IMG/VR virus record: IMGVR_UViG_3300012012_001194
Span: 1-64,000 of that record
Origin: a virus
Reading direction: 5' to 3' (one strand)
DNA length: 64,000 nt
How positions within the stretch are numbered: the first letter of the stretch is position 1; each line of letters begins with the position of its first letter. The notes below the pieces were generated by a model. The model ran no database searches and was not told the origin of the DNA. It was given only the letters and a program-made list of their open reading frames with translations. The position numbers and the translations under genes are program-made. Shown in pieces: positions 18,568 to 28,807 of this stretch.

Positions 18568-21500
18568 TTAGGCGCTAGAGGTATTACTTGGGCCAACCAT
18601 CCCTGCTAACACTTTTGATTCCAAGCCTAAGGTGCCTGTAATCTCAAACTTCTGCCCTTTCTCAAAGACAGCGGTGACTTGATTTTTGCCTTCCTTTCCA
18701 CCGTTAGGGTCGAGAGCGTTCTTCTCTGCGATAGTGGTCTCTGTCTTCTTGAATAGTTTAATTAGCTTAGCTTCATCAACGTTTCCTTGCTTATCTAGGA
18801 CATCCTTAAAGCCTTTATCAAGCAGCCCCTTTTTAAGGGTCTTTTGCTCGTCACTCAACCCCTTGTCATCGGTGCTTGATAGCAATTCGCTTAAAGCCTT
18901 CATCTGTTGACTTTTACTCTTAACCCCCTCTCCTGGCTTAGTCGCATACCGGCCAGCTGCTTCCATCCCCAAGGTTAAGTCTTTTCCAACTTCTCTTGCT
19001 GCTTTTTCGTGAACCTGCACCTCATCCGCTAGCTTTCCACCTTTCTTCATACCTGACAGCTGAAGATCTTTAGTAAAGAAGTCTATCGCCGTTTGAGCTG
19101 TGCCTGCTTGAAGCTCAGACGCCTTTCCAATAGCTGCCTCTTGGGAAGCTGTCATCTTTGTCTTACCGCCCAAGGTCGTAGCTATGCCTAAATCTTTAAG
19201 ACTACTCATCAGCCCTTTCTTTTCTTGAGTCAGTAAGGCATTAAAATAGGATTTCTTATCTTTATCTTTAGGATCACCCGCCCCCATAAGAGCCATTACC
19301 GCCTGTGGGCTGAAGTCTCCCAGCTTAGTCGCTGCTACTATCTGCTGGGCGCTTACTGCTTTTCCTTGCTTCATTAAATCCTTTGCCATTGATTTGTCTT
19401 TATCAGAAAGGCCTTTCATTGCCGCTTCACTGTCTTTCTTCCAATCTTCCAACCCTGTAAGGTCTTTAACGTTCATACCAGCCTTTATAGCGTACTCCTC
19501 TAACTTCTTTTGGTCCTCAGGGGTTCGTATATTATCTCTTTTAGCCAATAACCTTTCATACTCTACTCGGTCTGGCTCTTTTAACGTCTTATCATAGTTC
19601 TCTTTTTTGGCCTGAAGCTTACTGCGCTCCTCGCCTTGCTTGTTTGAAAGCTCCAAGCGCTCTTTCTCTTCTTCGGCTGTAAGAGGAATATTACTTCCGT
19701 TCTTAAAGCTGTCGTATTCGCCAGCGGCTGGCGCATTAGTCCCGTAATACTCGTTTCTTCCCTGAGTTACCGTATCGCCATCTTTATTAATATAACTAAA
19801 GTTACCGGAAGCTACCTGATCGTCAGTAGCCTTTACAGCTTTACCATCTCTAATTACAAACGACTCTCCGTATTTAATACCGGCTTCGGCTGCCTTATAC
19901 TTGTCGTGCAGCATTTCCAGTTGGTTGTTTTGTCTTACTATGTCATTAGTTTTTATGCCCGCAAGGCTAAGTATCTTTTCTCTTTCTTCTTTTTTAGCCT
20001 TATCTCCTTCAGAGCCTGGATCTAAATGTTGAGACGCAACATCAGAACCCGACTTGTATTTACTTAAGAGATAAGTAAGCGCAGTATCATCTTCGCCGCC
20101 CCTAGAAAGCTCCACAACCTTATCGGTATTCTCTGCCCTAGACTTTCTAGCTTGGAGTGCGTTTAACCTAAGCGCCTCTTTATCACCTTTTGAGCTGACA
20201 TCCCCAGTTTCAGATACCTCAAGCTTAGCTCTATCTTCTGCTGTAAGGGCATCTTGAGGGGTTATTAACTTAGCAAGCTTCTCAAGATCCTGTGTTTCTT
20301 TACCGGTAAGTTTACCATCATACTTCTTGAGTATAGCCGTAGCCTCATCGTAATCTTTACCAACAAGGCCTTTAAACTTGGACTCATCTATCCCGCTTTC
20401 GTCTATAATATCGTTAATCTTCTTGTCGATCTCTTTACGGGCAGCGTCGTCCTTTGGAGAAGTACCTGTTATTTTAGATTTCTGATCTCTAAGGGTACGT
20501 ACTGTCTCAAGCTCGCCAGTGTCTGGGGCTGCCATTTGCTCTAAGGTATGGCCTGTGCCTGTTTCTTTAATAAAAGTGTTTACCGCATTTTCATGGTCTT
20601 CTTGCGCTGTCTGGGCTTTCTTAAATACTTCAAAAGAAGCTTCAAGAGCTTTTAAAGGCTCTCCTTTCAGCTCTTCCTTGGCTTTCTTAGCCGACTCCAT
20701 TTTCGAGCCTATGTTTTCTTTAGTAGTATTAGAGAGATCATCAAGCCTGTTTATTTCTCTAGTCCGTGCGGCTTTTTGAGCTTGAGGCTCGTTAGGGTCA
20801 TCCTTCGTTGTCCTGAGAGCATCTGCTTGCTTTTTAAAGCCACTAGTTATATCTGCAAAAGCATTACCGTTATCTTTATTAGCATAAAGAGTATCCAGCC
20901 CCTCCGACCGTCTATCCGTTTCTTTTATTAGACTAGCAATGTCTATCTGAGGAGGAAGCCCGCCTGCATCAAAGTCTCCGTTGAGTAACTCTCCAGCGTC
21001 TACGCCCAGCGCTTTTGCATAGGCCTCAATTCTTAGTATGCTTCCTTGGGCTTTTTCCTTAGCAGCATTACCTTCAACACCAGCCTTTGAAACCGCTGAT
21101 TTGTCCATGCCGAAATCTGATATGTACTTCTTAGCTAGGTCTACCCCATAGCTAACATCGCCCTTCTCTAAATACTTAATCGCTTCATTAGCGGCGCGGT
21201 CTCCAGAGACGTCCCCTACCATAAGACCTGAGTTGTTCATCCTAATATTAAGTCGCTCAGCTTGTTCTTTGTATTGATTAAGCCTAAATTCTTTCTGCTT
21301 AACTTGGAGCTCTAGCGGACTAAGGTTCTTAGCTTGCTCGACTGTTATGCCGTACTTACTTTCAAAGCCTTGCTGCTCTTGCTTGGCCCTCTCAAGCCCG
21401 CTTGCTTTGACCTTCTGGTCAAGCTCTTTAATCTTTGTATCACTGTCTGTTTGGATATCTACGAGCTTAATTCGCTTAGCTGCATCTTCTTTAGATAATG

Positions 21501-24024
21501 GAGCCCCATCTTTAGCCTTCTGGTCAAGCTCTTTAATCTTTGCAGCACTGTCTGTCTGCTTAGCTACAAGCTTGTCACGGCTGTCCTGATCAGCTTTAGA
21601 TAATGGGGCGCCTTCATCCTTATCAATCATCTTATTGTAATAGTCGGTTGATCCCGCCCTGTCGGTGAAGCCGCTTCTAATTAGGTCTTCTTTAAGGTTA
21701 GTCTGCTCCTCTATTAGCTTTTTCTTCTTTTCTGGGTCTTTTTCTTTGGCGATTGCATCAGCATTAATGGTGATTGCACTTCTAAGGTAATCAGTTTTAA
21801 CCTGTTCACCGTTAGCGCCCTTAAATGCTTCAACTGACTTCTGTAAATCATCAAAGTCCTTAGCAAATATCTCTTTAATCTGATCCTTAGGTTGGAAGTT
21901 CAAAGCTGCAGCCATGAAGTCTTCTACCTTAGTTTCTTTTCCAGCACCTCTAAGGAAGTCAGTCGTCCTCTGTAGGAAGCTGCTCTTGCCCATTCCGCCA
22001 AACCCTTCTTCAAACTGGCTTGTGATATCTGCTTCTTGCTTTAATGCTTGGGCCTCTCTGATCTTCCCTTTGTTCATGCTGTAGGCCATGGTTGGAAGAC
22101 CGCCTTCAAACTTTTGATTCCTAGCGTAGGCGTCTGAGGACTCATAGATAGACCCAGCCATGACAGCAAGTGCCTTCTTATCAGCTGCGGTAGTCTTGAT
22201 ACCTTTTTCCTCAATAATCTTATTGAGGTTTCTCTGGGTTAAACCTTTAAGATCATTAAGGTCATCTTTGCCTAAGTTGTCAGCAAATAGGCCTTCAGAG
22301 GTGCGATCTGTTATTTCTTGCGAGCTTGAATTAAGCAACGTCCTTAACTCTGGGCTAACACCCTTCATAAGTTCTTCGTCATCCATTACACTGCGTACAG
22401 CCGTGCCGTTGTACGCCGATAGCTCGTCAGTTACCAGCCGAGTCTGTCCCTGCCTGCCTATATTAGTATTTATATCGTATTTATTTATAACAGCTTCGTT
22501 AGCATCTCTATTGGCGTTAAGACTTTGAATCACGGATATAGGAACTTTACTACCGGCTAAGAACTGGTTGATTCCGCCTTCTTGCTTGTTTAAATCATAT
22601 ACGTTCTTCTTCTCGCCGTTATATGTGTAGTTTCCGCCAGAGTCCTTATCCTTTATAGCTGCGTACACGGCGGCGAGCTCACTACCCTTCTCGGGTTCGA
22701 CTCCAAAGGTCTCAACGGCTCTTGCTATAGAAGCAACATCTTGAGTCCTATAGTCCCTGGTGGCTTGAACATTAAGCTGCTGGTCGATGTTAAGGAGCTT
22801 GTCTGCGTTTGGTAGCCCAAAGACCTGAGCTCCACCAAATATGTTCTTACCTGCTTGGTTCTCTGCTACGGCTTGGTTAGTGATGCCCGGAACAAATACA
22901 CGGTTAACCCCCGACCTGTCAGCCATGCCAGCTGTGGCGCCCATGAGCTTAAACATCTCTGGCATTTCAATACCGGCAGCCTTAGCCACATTAGAGGTGT
23001 TTCTTACCATACGTGCCAGCTTCTGGGGCTCTATGTTCTGCATATTAGCTTGAGTAAGCGTTTCGATCGCTCCTACGAGCTGAGCCATGGGCGCATTAGG
23101 CTCTCCTGCTTCGCCAAATATCTCAGACATGGCATTAACAGCCTTAGACATGCCCTTCAGCTTACTGGCTATCTTATTGGCGTCTAGTTCCCGCAGCTTA
23201 CGGTCTAAGTCCGGCATTTGGGACACTTCGGAGATGGTGGTCCCCATCTGATCTGCAATTTCCTTCATACCTTTGCCGCGCCCAGATGAGTTAGGCATCA
23301 TGCCTCGGCGCTGAGCTTCATCAAACAATGCACCAGCCCTGCCAGCGGTCATGCCGCCCATAGCAGACGCATCCCCTGAGTAGAGCCTATCGTATACGCC
23401 TTTGGTAATCTCGCCTGCTGATTCTGCGCTGTATCCACGGCGCCCAGTCACTGGGTCGATTGCATACCGACCACCACGGGCCATGTTTTGAGCCATAACG
23501 GTGGCTGAGCCTTTAACCCCCGCCATCTTATCTACGAGATCAGGATTTATTTGTGCCAAGAAGGGCATAGCACTTGCCGCATACGAGGCAACATCGTTAG
23601 CATTTTGGCGCTCTCTTCGACCCATGGGCTGGCCTAGTAGGTTTGCAGACCCCTCAATCATCTCGTAAATAGCCCTTTGATCTCGCTGAGAAGCGATCCC
23701 CATTGCTTTACTTTGATTGCTTAATACAGAACCGGCTTTCATCTGGGAATACATATTCATACCTGACGAAAACTGAGCCGGTACGTACTTACCATTAGGG
23801 CCCGCCCCAGCAAAGCTAGACAGGAGGGGCTGCAGAAGACTGTTTAACGCTACGCTCATGCCTGGATCGGTGACGCCTAGGAGGCCGGCAAGGGGAGGCC
23901 CTTCGCCAACGCTTCCCATACCCCTGCCTTGAGATATGATAGGAGAGGCTAAGCCCTGTGCAAATACGTTAGAGAACACAGACTGTAAATACTGATTAGG
24001 ATTGTAATTATACGGCGGTGCCAA
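18568..24024 (-). CDS. Tape measure protein
   Basis: 1818 aa, helical and Ala/Lys/Glu-rich, no Cys; directly follows the frameshifted chaperone pair; TTG start with GGAGGT RBS. Confidence 0.85.
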   Translation of the reverse strand: MAPPYNYNPNQYLQSVFSNVFAQGLASPIISQGRGMGSVGEGPPLAGLLGVTDPGMSVALNSLLQPLLSSFAGAGPNGKYVPAQFSSGMNMYSQMKAGSVLSNQSKAMGIASQRDQRAIYEMIEGSANLLGQPMGRRERQNANDVASYAASAMPFLAQINPDLVDKMAGVKGSATVMAQNMARGGRYAIDPVTGRRGYSAESAGEITKGVYDRLYSGDASAMGGMTAGRAGALFDEAQRRGMMPNSSGRGKGMKEIADQMGTTISEVSQMPDLDRKLRELDANKIASKLKGMSKAVNAMSEIFGEAGEPNAPMAQLVGAIETLTQANMQNIEPQKLARMVRNTSNVAKAAGIEMPEMFKLMGATAGMADRSGVNRVFVPGITNQAVAENQAGKNIFGGAQVFGLPNADKLLNIDQQLNVQATRDYRTQDVASIARAVETFGVEPEKGSELAAVYAAIKDKDSGGNYTYNGEKKNVYDLNKQEGGINQFLAGSKVPISVIQSLNANRDANEAVINKYDINTNIGRQGQTRLVTDELSAYNGTAVRSVMDDEELMKGVSPELRTLLNSSSQEITDRTSEGLFADNLGKDDLNDLKGLTQRNLNKIIEEKGIKTTAADKKALAVMAGSIYESSDAYARNQKFEGGLPTMAYSMNKGKIREAQALKQEADITSQFEEGFGGMGKSSFLQRTTDFLRGAGKETKVEDFMAAALNFQPKDQIKEIFAKDFDDLQKSVEAFKGANGEQVKTDYLRSAITINADAIAKEKDPEKKKKLIEEQTNLKEDLIRSGFTDRAGSTDYYNKMIDKDEGAPLSKADQDSRDKLVAKQTDSAAKIKELDQKAKDGAPLSKEDAAKRIKLVDIQTDSDTKIKELDQKVKASGLERAKQEQQGFESKYGITVEQAKNLSPLELQVKQKEFRLNQYKEQAERLNIRMNNSGLMVGDVSGDRAANEAIKYLEKGDVSYGVDLAKKYISDFGMDKSAVSKAGVEGNAAKEKAQGSILRIEAYAKALGVDAGELLNGDFDAGGLPPQIDIASLIKETDRRSEGLDTLYANKDNGNAFADITSGFKKQADALRTTKDDPNEPQAQKAARTREINRLDDLSNTTKENIGSKMESAKKAKEELKGEPLKALEASFEVFKKAQTAQEDHENAVNTFIKETGTGHTLEQMAAPDTGELETVRTLRDQKSKITGTSPKDDAARKEIDKKINDIIDESGIDESKFKGLVGKDYDEATAILKKYDGKLTGKETQDLEKLAKLITPQDALTAEDRAKLEVSETGDVSSKGDKEALRLNALQARKSRAENTDKVVELSRGGEDDTALTYLLSKYKSGSDVASQHLDPGSEGDKAKKEEREKILSLAGIKTNDIVRQNNQLEMLHDKYKAAEAGIKYGESFVIRDGKAVKATDDQVASGNFSYINKDGDTVTQGRNEYYGTNAPAAGEYDSFKNGSNIPLTAEEEKERLELSNKQGEERSKLQAKKENYDKTLKEPDRVEYERLLAKRDNIRTPEDQKKLEEYAIKAGMNVKDLTGLEDWKKDSEAAMKGLSDKDKSMAKDLMKQGKAVSAQQIVAATKLGDFSPQAVMALMGAGDPKDKDKKSYFNALLTQEKKGLMSSLKDLGIATTLGGKTKMTASQEAAIGKASELQAGTAQTAIDFFTKDLQLSGMKKGGKLADEVQVHEKAAREVGKDLTLGMEAAGRYATKPGEGVKSKSQQMKALSELLSSTDDKGLSDEQKTLKKGLLDKGFKDVLDKQGNVDEAKLIKLFKKTETTIAEKNALDPNGGKEGKNQVTAVFEKGQKFEITGTLGLESKVLAGMVGPSNTSSA
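21411..21620 (-). repeat. 105-bp (35-aa) tandem duplication within the tape measure gene
   Basis: ccttctggtcaagctctttaatctttg at 21411 and 21516; protein GAPLSK...QTDS..KIKELDQK occurs twice. Confidence 0.85.
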
Positions 24025-24045
24025 GCTTGAATACCTCCCGGCTTA

Positions 24046-24381
24046 TTACTCAGACTTTTCCTTATCTATCCAAGGCCTTGCGGCTTTGTCATAGGTATCG
24101 AATAGCTGATCCATACTTTCCCATGCTTGATTGAATAGATCAGCAGTACCGTAGCCCAAGGCACCAGTATACCTTAAAATAGCAAGTTTAACTACCTCTG
24201 CAGATTTATTTGAAGAGTAGGACTGTGCCAACCATTTTAGCCTTAAATTCCACTTGCGATCGAGTACATTGGCGTGTTTAAAGTCTACAACGCCATGAGA
24301 GGCTAGCTCAACAAGAAGGGCACTTACACGATCGCTCGCCAGAAATTTGAAGACTCCGCCATAACCTGAAGCTTGTCGCAC
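24046..24381 (-). CDS. Tail assembly chaperone T segment (expressed as a G-T fusion by -1 frameshift)
   Basis: -1 frame overlapping the end of 24324..25538; lies directly before the tape measure. Confidence 0.75.
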   Translation of the reverse strand: MRQASGYGGVFKFLASDRVSALLVELASHGVVDFKHANVLDRKWNLRLKWLAQSYSSNKSAEVVKLAILRYTGALGYGTADLFNQAWESMDQLFDTYDKAARPWIDKEKSE

Positions 24382-25538
24382 AAGGACTGGAACTCGAAAT
24401 AGGCATGACCTATTACAGCTCTAATCCCTTCTGTTGGTATGTGGTTGTCCAATATATAGTTTAAGAATGGGATTAGCTTTTCTTGTAGGTTCTTGAAAGA
24501 CTGGTCTTCTATATTAGCGTCAGCTAAGGAAGGTATCTCGACCTTTCCGTAGCTCACAGACTCAACACTCTCCAAAGACATAACCATTCGGTATGCTTGG
24601 AGGTTTCGCCAATAGAAGTCTGTGCCAGCCAAAATCCTACCATTATAGTCTATCTGGCCGTCAATTACGATCTGGCGATAAGCTATGTCAGACTCTTTAG
24701 TGGTTAAAGCTTTAAATGTTACTTTAAACTTGCCGCCAAATAACTCATAAGTCTTTCGGTGTCTTGTGCCGCCTAGGATCGATTGCACAAAGTCTTGCTT
24801 ATCAAGTTCGGTAACCTCTGTTAGGTCGACCTTCTTAAGGTCCCAACCACAATGTGGACATTCTGGCATTAGATCAAACATAGGGCGTGTAGGCTGTTCT
24901 ATGGTGTTGTCCTCTGGCATGATACTAGGCTTCTCCTTGGCTGCCTTAGGCGGACGACGAGTTTCTGCGGCATTAGTTTTAATATCATTGATAAAAGCAA
25001 TCTTCTCTTCTTTGGTCTTCTCTGCTTTTGGGGGCGGCGGAGTTGGCGCTTCTTCTTTAGTTGTGGAGACGTCTCCACTAGCGGGGGCTGCCTTAGCCTC
25101 TAGCTTAGGAGTAGGCTTGAGGTCATCTGGAATCACTGCGGCTTTAAGTGGATTAGACTTTTCTTTAGATTTATTAAAGGCATTATCATGAGCAGCTTTT
25201 AGCTCGTCATACCTAGGCTTGTCTTCTACTATCTCTTTAAGAAGCGCTAGCCCTTCTTCTATTTGTCTTCTTTGCTTAAGCGGCACCTTATCAAGCGATA
25301 CTGGGTTTCTAACTTTATTTAAAATAGTGTTATAAGCAGCCATGTCCGGCTCAGAGGCGGTTTCAGTTACAACCTCAGGGATTGGGGCTTCTCTTCCACT
25401 TGTTATAGCGTCTATCTCTTTTTGAAGCTCGTCTAACTTGCCTTCTTTCTGAAGTTTAAGGGCTTTAATCTCAAAGTCGGTCAGTGAAGAGGGCTTAGGT
25501 TTCCCAGCCAACGGCGGGTCCTTTTCATTCTCACTCAT
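24324..25538 (-). CDS. Tail assembly chaperone G with long disordered N-terminus and CxxC
   Basis: 404 aa; position before the T segment and tape measure; CPHCG; ends SNFW. Confidence 0.7.
   Translation of the reverse strand: MSENEKDPPLAGKPKPSSLTDFEIKALKLQKEGKLDELQKEIDAITSGREAPIPEVVTETASEPDMAAYNTILNKVRNPVSLDKVPLKQRRQIEEGLALLKEIVEDKPRYDELKAAHDNAFNKSKEKSNPLKAAVIPDDLKPTPKLEAKAAPASGDVSTTKEEAPTPPPPKAEKTKEEKIAFINDIKTNAAETRRPPKAAKEKPSIMPEDNTIEQPTRPMFDLMPECPHCGWDLKKVDLTEVTELDKQDFVQSILGGTRHRKTYELFGGKFKVTFKALTTKESDIAYRQIVIDGQIDYNGRILAGTDFYWRNLQAYRMVMSLESVESVSYGKVEIPSLADANIEDQSFKNLQEKLIPFLNYILDNHIPTEGIRAVIGHAYFEFQSLCDKLQVMAESSNFWRAIV
24342..24348 (-). other. Programmed -1 frameshift slippery heptamer A AAT TTC
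   Basis: X XXY YYZ in the correct phase (TCA AAT TTC), five codons before the chaperone stop. Confidence 0.75.
25063..25078. repeat. Dispersed palindrome copy 3 (perfect 16-mer)
   Basis: In the disordered part of the chaperone, read as SGDVST. Confidence 0.95.
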
Positions 25539-25556
25539 GCATTCCCCAGTTCTGTT

Positions 25557-28232
25557 TTAACCTATGATCTTGTAGTAGCCATTAGGCGGAGTTCGAAGTT
25601 CGTTGCCTGGATTTTTAAGGTCCTCAATCTTGTATTCCGGTATTAGATCATAGAATTCAAGATCAACTTCTACAAAAGTGGGTGCATCAACCCATGCTGT
25701 TTTTCCTGGATAGGGATAGGTTTCCTCTTCTAAATAAACAACAGGGTTCTCAGTCCATGCTTCGCCGGCGCCTGCCCCGCCGCCGCCAAATAGCCTGCTT
25801 CTTTGCTGCCATCTAGTTTCATAAAGGGTAAACCCGTAAGCCTTGTACTGATCTGTAGACTTGAAGTAGAAGGCGTACTTACCCCAGCCACCAGCTGGGT
25901 CAGCGTCTCCGACTCGACTTGGGTCCCTAAACGGAGCCTGTATAAGCGCTGTGAAGCTGTTGTTTCCTTGTTCGTTAGCCTCCTCAACTGCTTTAGTTAT
26001 TTGATCTAACTGGGCGTCTGCTTTTTGGGCGAAAGTCTCCCCATCTCCGGCGTCGCCGCTGAGATCACCAACAAAACCGCTATAATCTTTTGCTAAAGCA
26101 GTGGCTATATGGCCTTCAGTAGATATGAAGTGGTCGTTGCAGACCATAAACCCTAAACACGCCATGGTCCCAGCTGAGTATAACGGAGTGCCGATTACTG
26201 CACTGTTATCTGTAAAGATATTCGATGGCTGGTAGCTTCCATTACTTCCAAAATGATCAAACTTGCCTCGACTAACAAACGAGCTTATAACGTCGGCAGA
26301 CATGGCTATAAATCCAGGAGAGTCACCTCCTGCGTCTAGTATTATATTTCTAGCATCGCCTCCGGCTCCTGATCTCACATACACCTCTTGTTCCGCCAGC
26401 AAGCTAACAGGGCCGGCAGATTTTAAAACAATACCTTGCTCATCAGCAAACTTGTTCTCGATAACTAGCTTGCCGCTCTCCTTACCGTTTCCTGCAAGTA
26501 TTAAAGTGTCTTTTTCCGCTTTAATTCGTACATCAGCTTCTGTCGAAGCTATATCTATATCTTCCTTAGACCTGAGGCACGTACTTCTCCCAGCTAGCGA
26601 TATGAGGTTACGGCCCGGCCTTAGCTGAATGTCCCCAGGGCAGCTTATCTCAATAGAGCCACCTACCATCCTAATCTCTTCACCGTTGGGGCCCGCAATA
26701 ACGATAGTCCCATCTGGAAGAATCTTAAAATAAGACATCAGTTGGTTGTACTTTGCCGCATACCTGTGATCGACGAATTTGGAGGTTACACCTGAAGGGC
26801 TGATGTACCATGCGTCTGCCAGCTGGCCATAGTCCGGAGGCGCCTCCTTATCTGGCTGCTCGATCGGATCAAAGTCATTGGTGTGGTACTTAAACGGATG
26901 ATCATTCCTCCAAGCAAAGGCATAGGCCACATCATCATCGGCGCACAGCGCCCTGCTTGGAAATGTAGGGGCGCCTATGGTGGTGTCGGTAACCCGGTGG
27001 GCCTCTCCACCACCTATCATGCCAGAGAACCTGTAGTTATCTCTAGTATCACCATCTTTATCATTCTCAATCCTAGCTTTGCGCACGGGAGGCCTATAAA
27101 GCGGGGTGTGCGCTATCGTGATACCTTGAGAAGATCTAAGATGGTAGTTTCCATCTAAGGCTAGATGCTGTTCCCATACCGCCTCACCTGTAGGCCCGCC
27201 TAGTTTATTTACACCAGATGCGCCTGTAGGGGGTAGCCTTAGGGTCTGTCTAAAACCCTGACCAAGATAACCTGTATAGGTTTGAAGTCGGTGATACGGC
27301 ATCTGCTTGTCTTCATCGTCAGACTCTACAGCGTCTCCGGACCCTAAGTAAGGTTTGTCTATCTGCTCTTCTTGAGGAGTGTGAGTCTTAGCGGTCGGGG
27401 ACCCATACGCTAAGGCACCTAGCCCTTCCCAGACATAAGGGCTGGAGCCTACGTAACCAACAGCTTCTCCGTTATCGTCAAAGAACTCTTGCTCGCACAT
27501 AGCCGACCGTATTTGCAAGTTGTGCCCTTGCATTCTGGCTAACTGATCAAAATGAAACGACCAAAATCCACAGTTTTCATCGGCTTTAATAAACGACATA
27601 AATGGGTCAATAAATATGGCTGTTCCTGTCTCACATACCCAGCCCCGCTCACCTACAGCAGTAGAGTCTAAAGGAGATCCGTTAGAAAAGTCTCCTAAGC
27701 ACTCAGGGTCTATGCCGTATAGGAGGGTGTTAGTAGCCTCGGACAGTGCCGAGTGCCCTGAGGCCATAGTTATGGTCTCAGCTAGAGTGTTTGCAATATC
27801 CGCCATTACCTCAGGCTCTACCCCTATAATAGTTCCAGTGCTCGAAGACTCGCTTCTAATAAAGTAGACCTTGGTATTAGGTTGCAGGCTGCCAATGCGG
27901 CGAGCACCCATTCTGGATTGCGAGGTATCAGACATGAGGTTGCACATTACAGACGTGCCGCTGTTGAATGAGTTAACCTTATACCACCCCCAGAAGGGGA
28001 CCGCCTCAGCAACAATTCCAACCTCGACCCTGCTCGTATTCGACATGTCAAGCTTGTTGACGCTGCCTGTAGAGTAAGGATCAGCGTTGTGCTTAGTGGG
28101 TCTGTTTAGCGGATTGTCTCGGCTAATGACCGCCGCTGTTGTCCGCACTGCGGACTCAACTCCAGTCGTAAAAGTGTTAATAAAGTTACTAAAACTATAG
28201 CTGCCGGGGGTATCTGCCATGATAGTATCCAA
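25557..28232 (-). CDS. Putative baseplate spike/hub protein (gp5/gpV/VgrG-like)
   Basis: 891 aa; N-terminal OB-fold-like segment, then beta-helix-like repeats (DGTIVIAGPNGEEIRMVGGSIEISCPGDIQL). Confidence 0.6.
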   Translation of the reverse strand: MDTIMADTPGSYSFSNFINTFTTGVESAVRTTAAVISRDNPLNRPTKHNADPYSTGSVNKLDMSNTSRVEVGIVAEAVPFWGWYKVNSFNSGTSVMCNLMSDTSQSRMGARRIGSLQPNTKVYFIRSESSSTGTIIGVEPEVMADIANTLAETITMASGHSALSEATNTLLYGIDPECLGDFSNGSPLDSTAVGERGWVCETGTAIFIDPFMSFIKADENCGFWSFHFDQLARMQGHNLQIRSAMCEQEFFDDNGEAVGYVGSSPYVWEGLGALAYGSPTAKTHTPQEEQIDKPYLGSGDAVESDDEDKQMPYHRLQTYTGYLGQGFRQTLRLPPTGASGVNKLGGPTGEAVWEQHLALDGNYHLRSSQGITIAHTPLYRPPVRKARIENDKDGDTRDNYRFSGMIGGGEAHRVTDTTIGAPTFPSRALCADDDVAYAFAWRNDHPFKYHTNDFDPIEQPDKEAPPDYGQLADAWYISPSGVTSKFVDHRYAAKYNQLMSYFKILPDGTIVIAGPNGEEIRMVGGSIEISCPGDIQLRPGRNLISLAGRSTCLRSKEDIDIASTEADVRIKAEKDTLILAGNGKESGKLVIENKFADEQGIVLKSAGPVSLLAEQEVYVRSGAGGDARNIILDAGGDSPGFIAMSADVISSFVSRGKFDHFGSNGSYQPSNIFTDNSAVIGTPLYSAGTMACLGFMVCNDHFISTEGHIATALAKDYSGFVGDLSGDAGDGETFAQKADAQLDQITKAVEEANEQGNNSFTALIQAPFRDPSRVGDADPAGGWGKYAFYFKSTDQYKAYGFTLYETRWQQRSRLFGGGGAGAGEAWTENPVVYLEEETYPYPGKTAWVDAPTFVEVDLEFYDLIPEYKIEDLKNPGNELRTPPNGYYKIIG

Positions 28233-28236
28233 TCAT

Positions 28237-28284
28237 AAAAAAAGAACTGCCGCACGCCCCTATTGTGAGGTGTACGGCAGTTTT
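28237..28284 (-). terminator. Intrinsic terminator after the tail tube genes
   Basis: Minus strand AACTGCCGTACACCTC-loop-GGGGCGTGCGGCAGTT, followed by CTTTTTTT. Confidence 0.85.
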
Positions 28285-28303
28285 ATTCAATAGCACTAAA
28301 CAA

Positions 28304-28780
28304 TTAGCTTACAGCGTTAGCTTCATACTCTAAGTCTGTGATAACCCCTTGGATCTGAGAGTTAATCAAGTTGTCTTGTGCTGCTATAGTAAACCCCACG
28401 CTTTGAAGAAGAACTCCCTTTAAGGTTAAAGTAAGTCCGCCTCCGGTTCCGCCATCTGCAGTACAAAAAGAACCAGGGATAGCCAACACCAATGTCCGGT
28501 TTCCCTCGCAAGGGTCAGCTAGGTCAGTTATAGAATTCAAGGCTGCGTCTCCAAAGCCTAGAATCTGACCTGCACTAAATGTTCCACTGGCCTTGCCGAC
28601 TACATAATACCTTTTGTTAGACCCTATTTCAAAAAGGGGCTGGACTGGCTGCTGGTGCGACACCTGCAAGCTTTGTAACAAGGTTATGTCATCTCCATTA
28701 AAGGAGATTGCAGTATTAGCCGTGGTTCGAAAAGCCCCTTGGTAGTCGCCTTGTGAGTTTTCCCCAAATATTGCTGCCAT
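28304..28780 (-). CDS. Tail tube protein, paralog 2
   Basis: ATG at 28780 (MAAIFGEN); QPVQPLFEIGSNKRYYVVG; highly similar to 28808..29284. Confidence 0.8.
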   Translation of the reverse strand: MAAIFGENSQGDYQGAFRTTANTAISFNGDDITLLQSLQVSHQQPVQPLFEIGSNKRYYVVGKASGTFSAGQILGFGDAALNSITDLADPCEGNRTLVLAIPGSFCTADGGTGGGLTLTLKGVLLQSVGFTIAAQDNLINSQIQGVITDLEYEANAVS

Positions 28781-28807
28781 GGTTTCACCCTTCAAATAGA
28801 GATTAGA

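Noticed and set aside
21203-21218. CCAGAGACGTCCCCTA as a ninth palindrome copy
   Set aside because: Only 10/16 match. I also found no convincing copy near 17.4 kb, where the spacing would predict one
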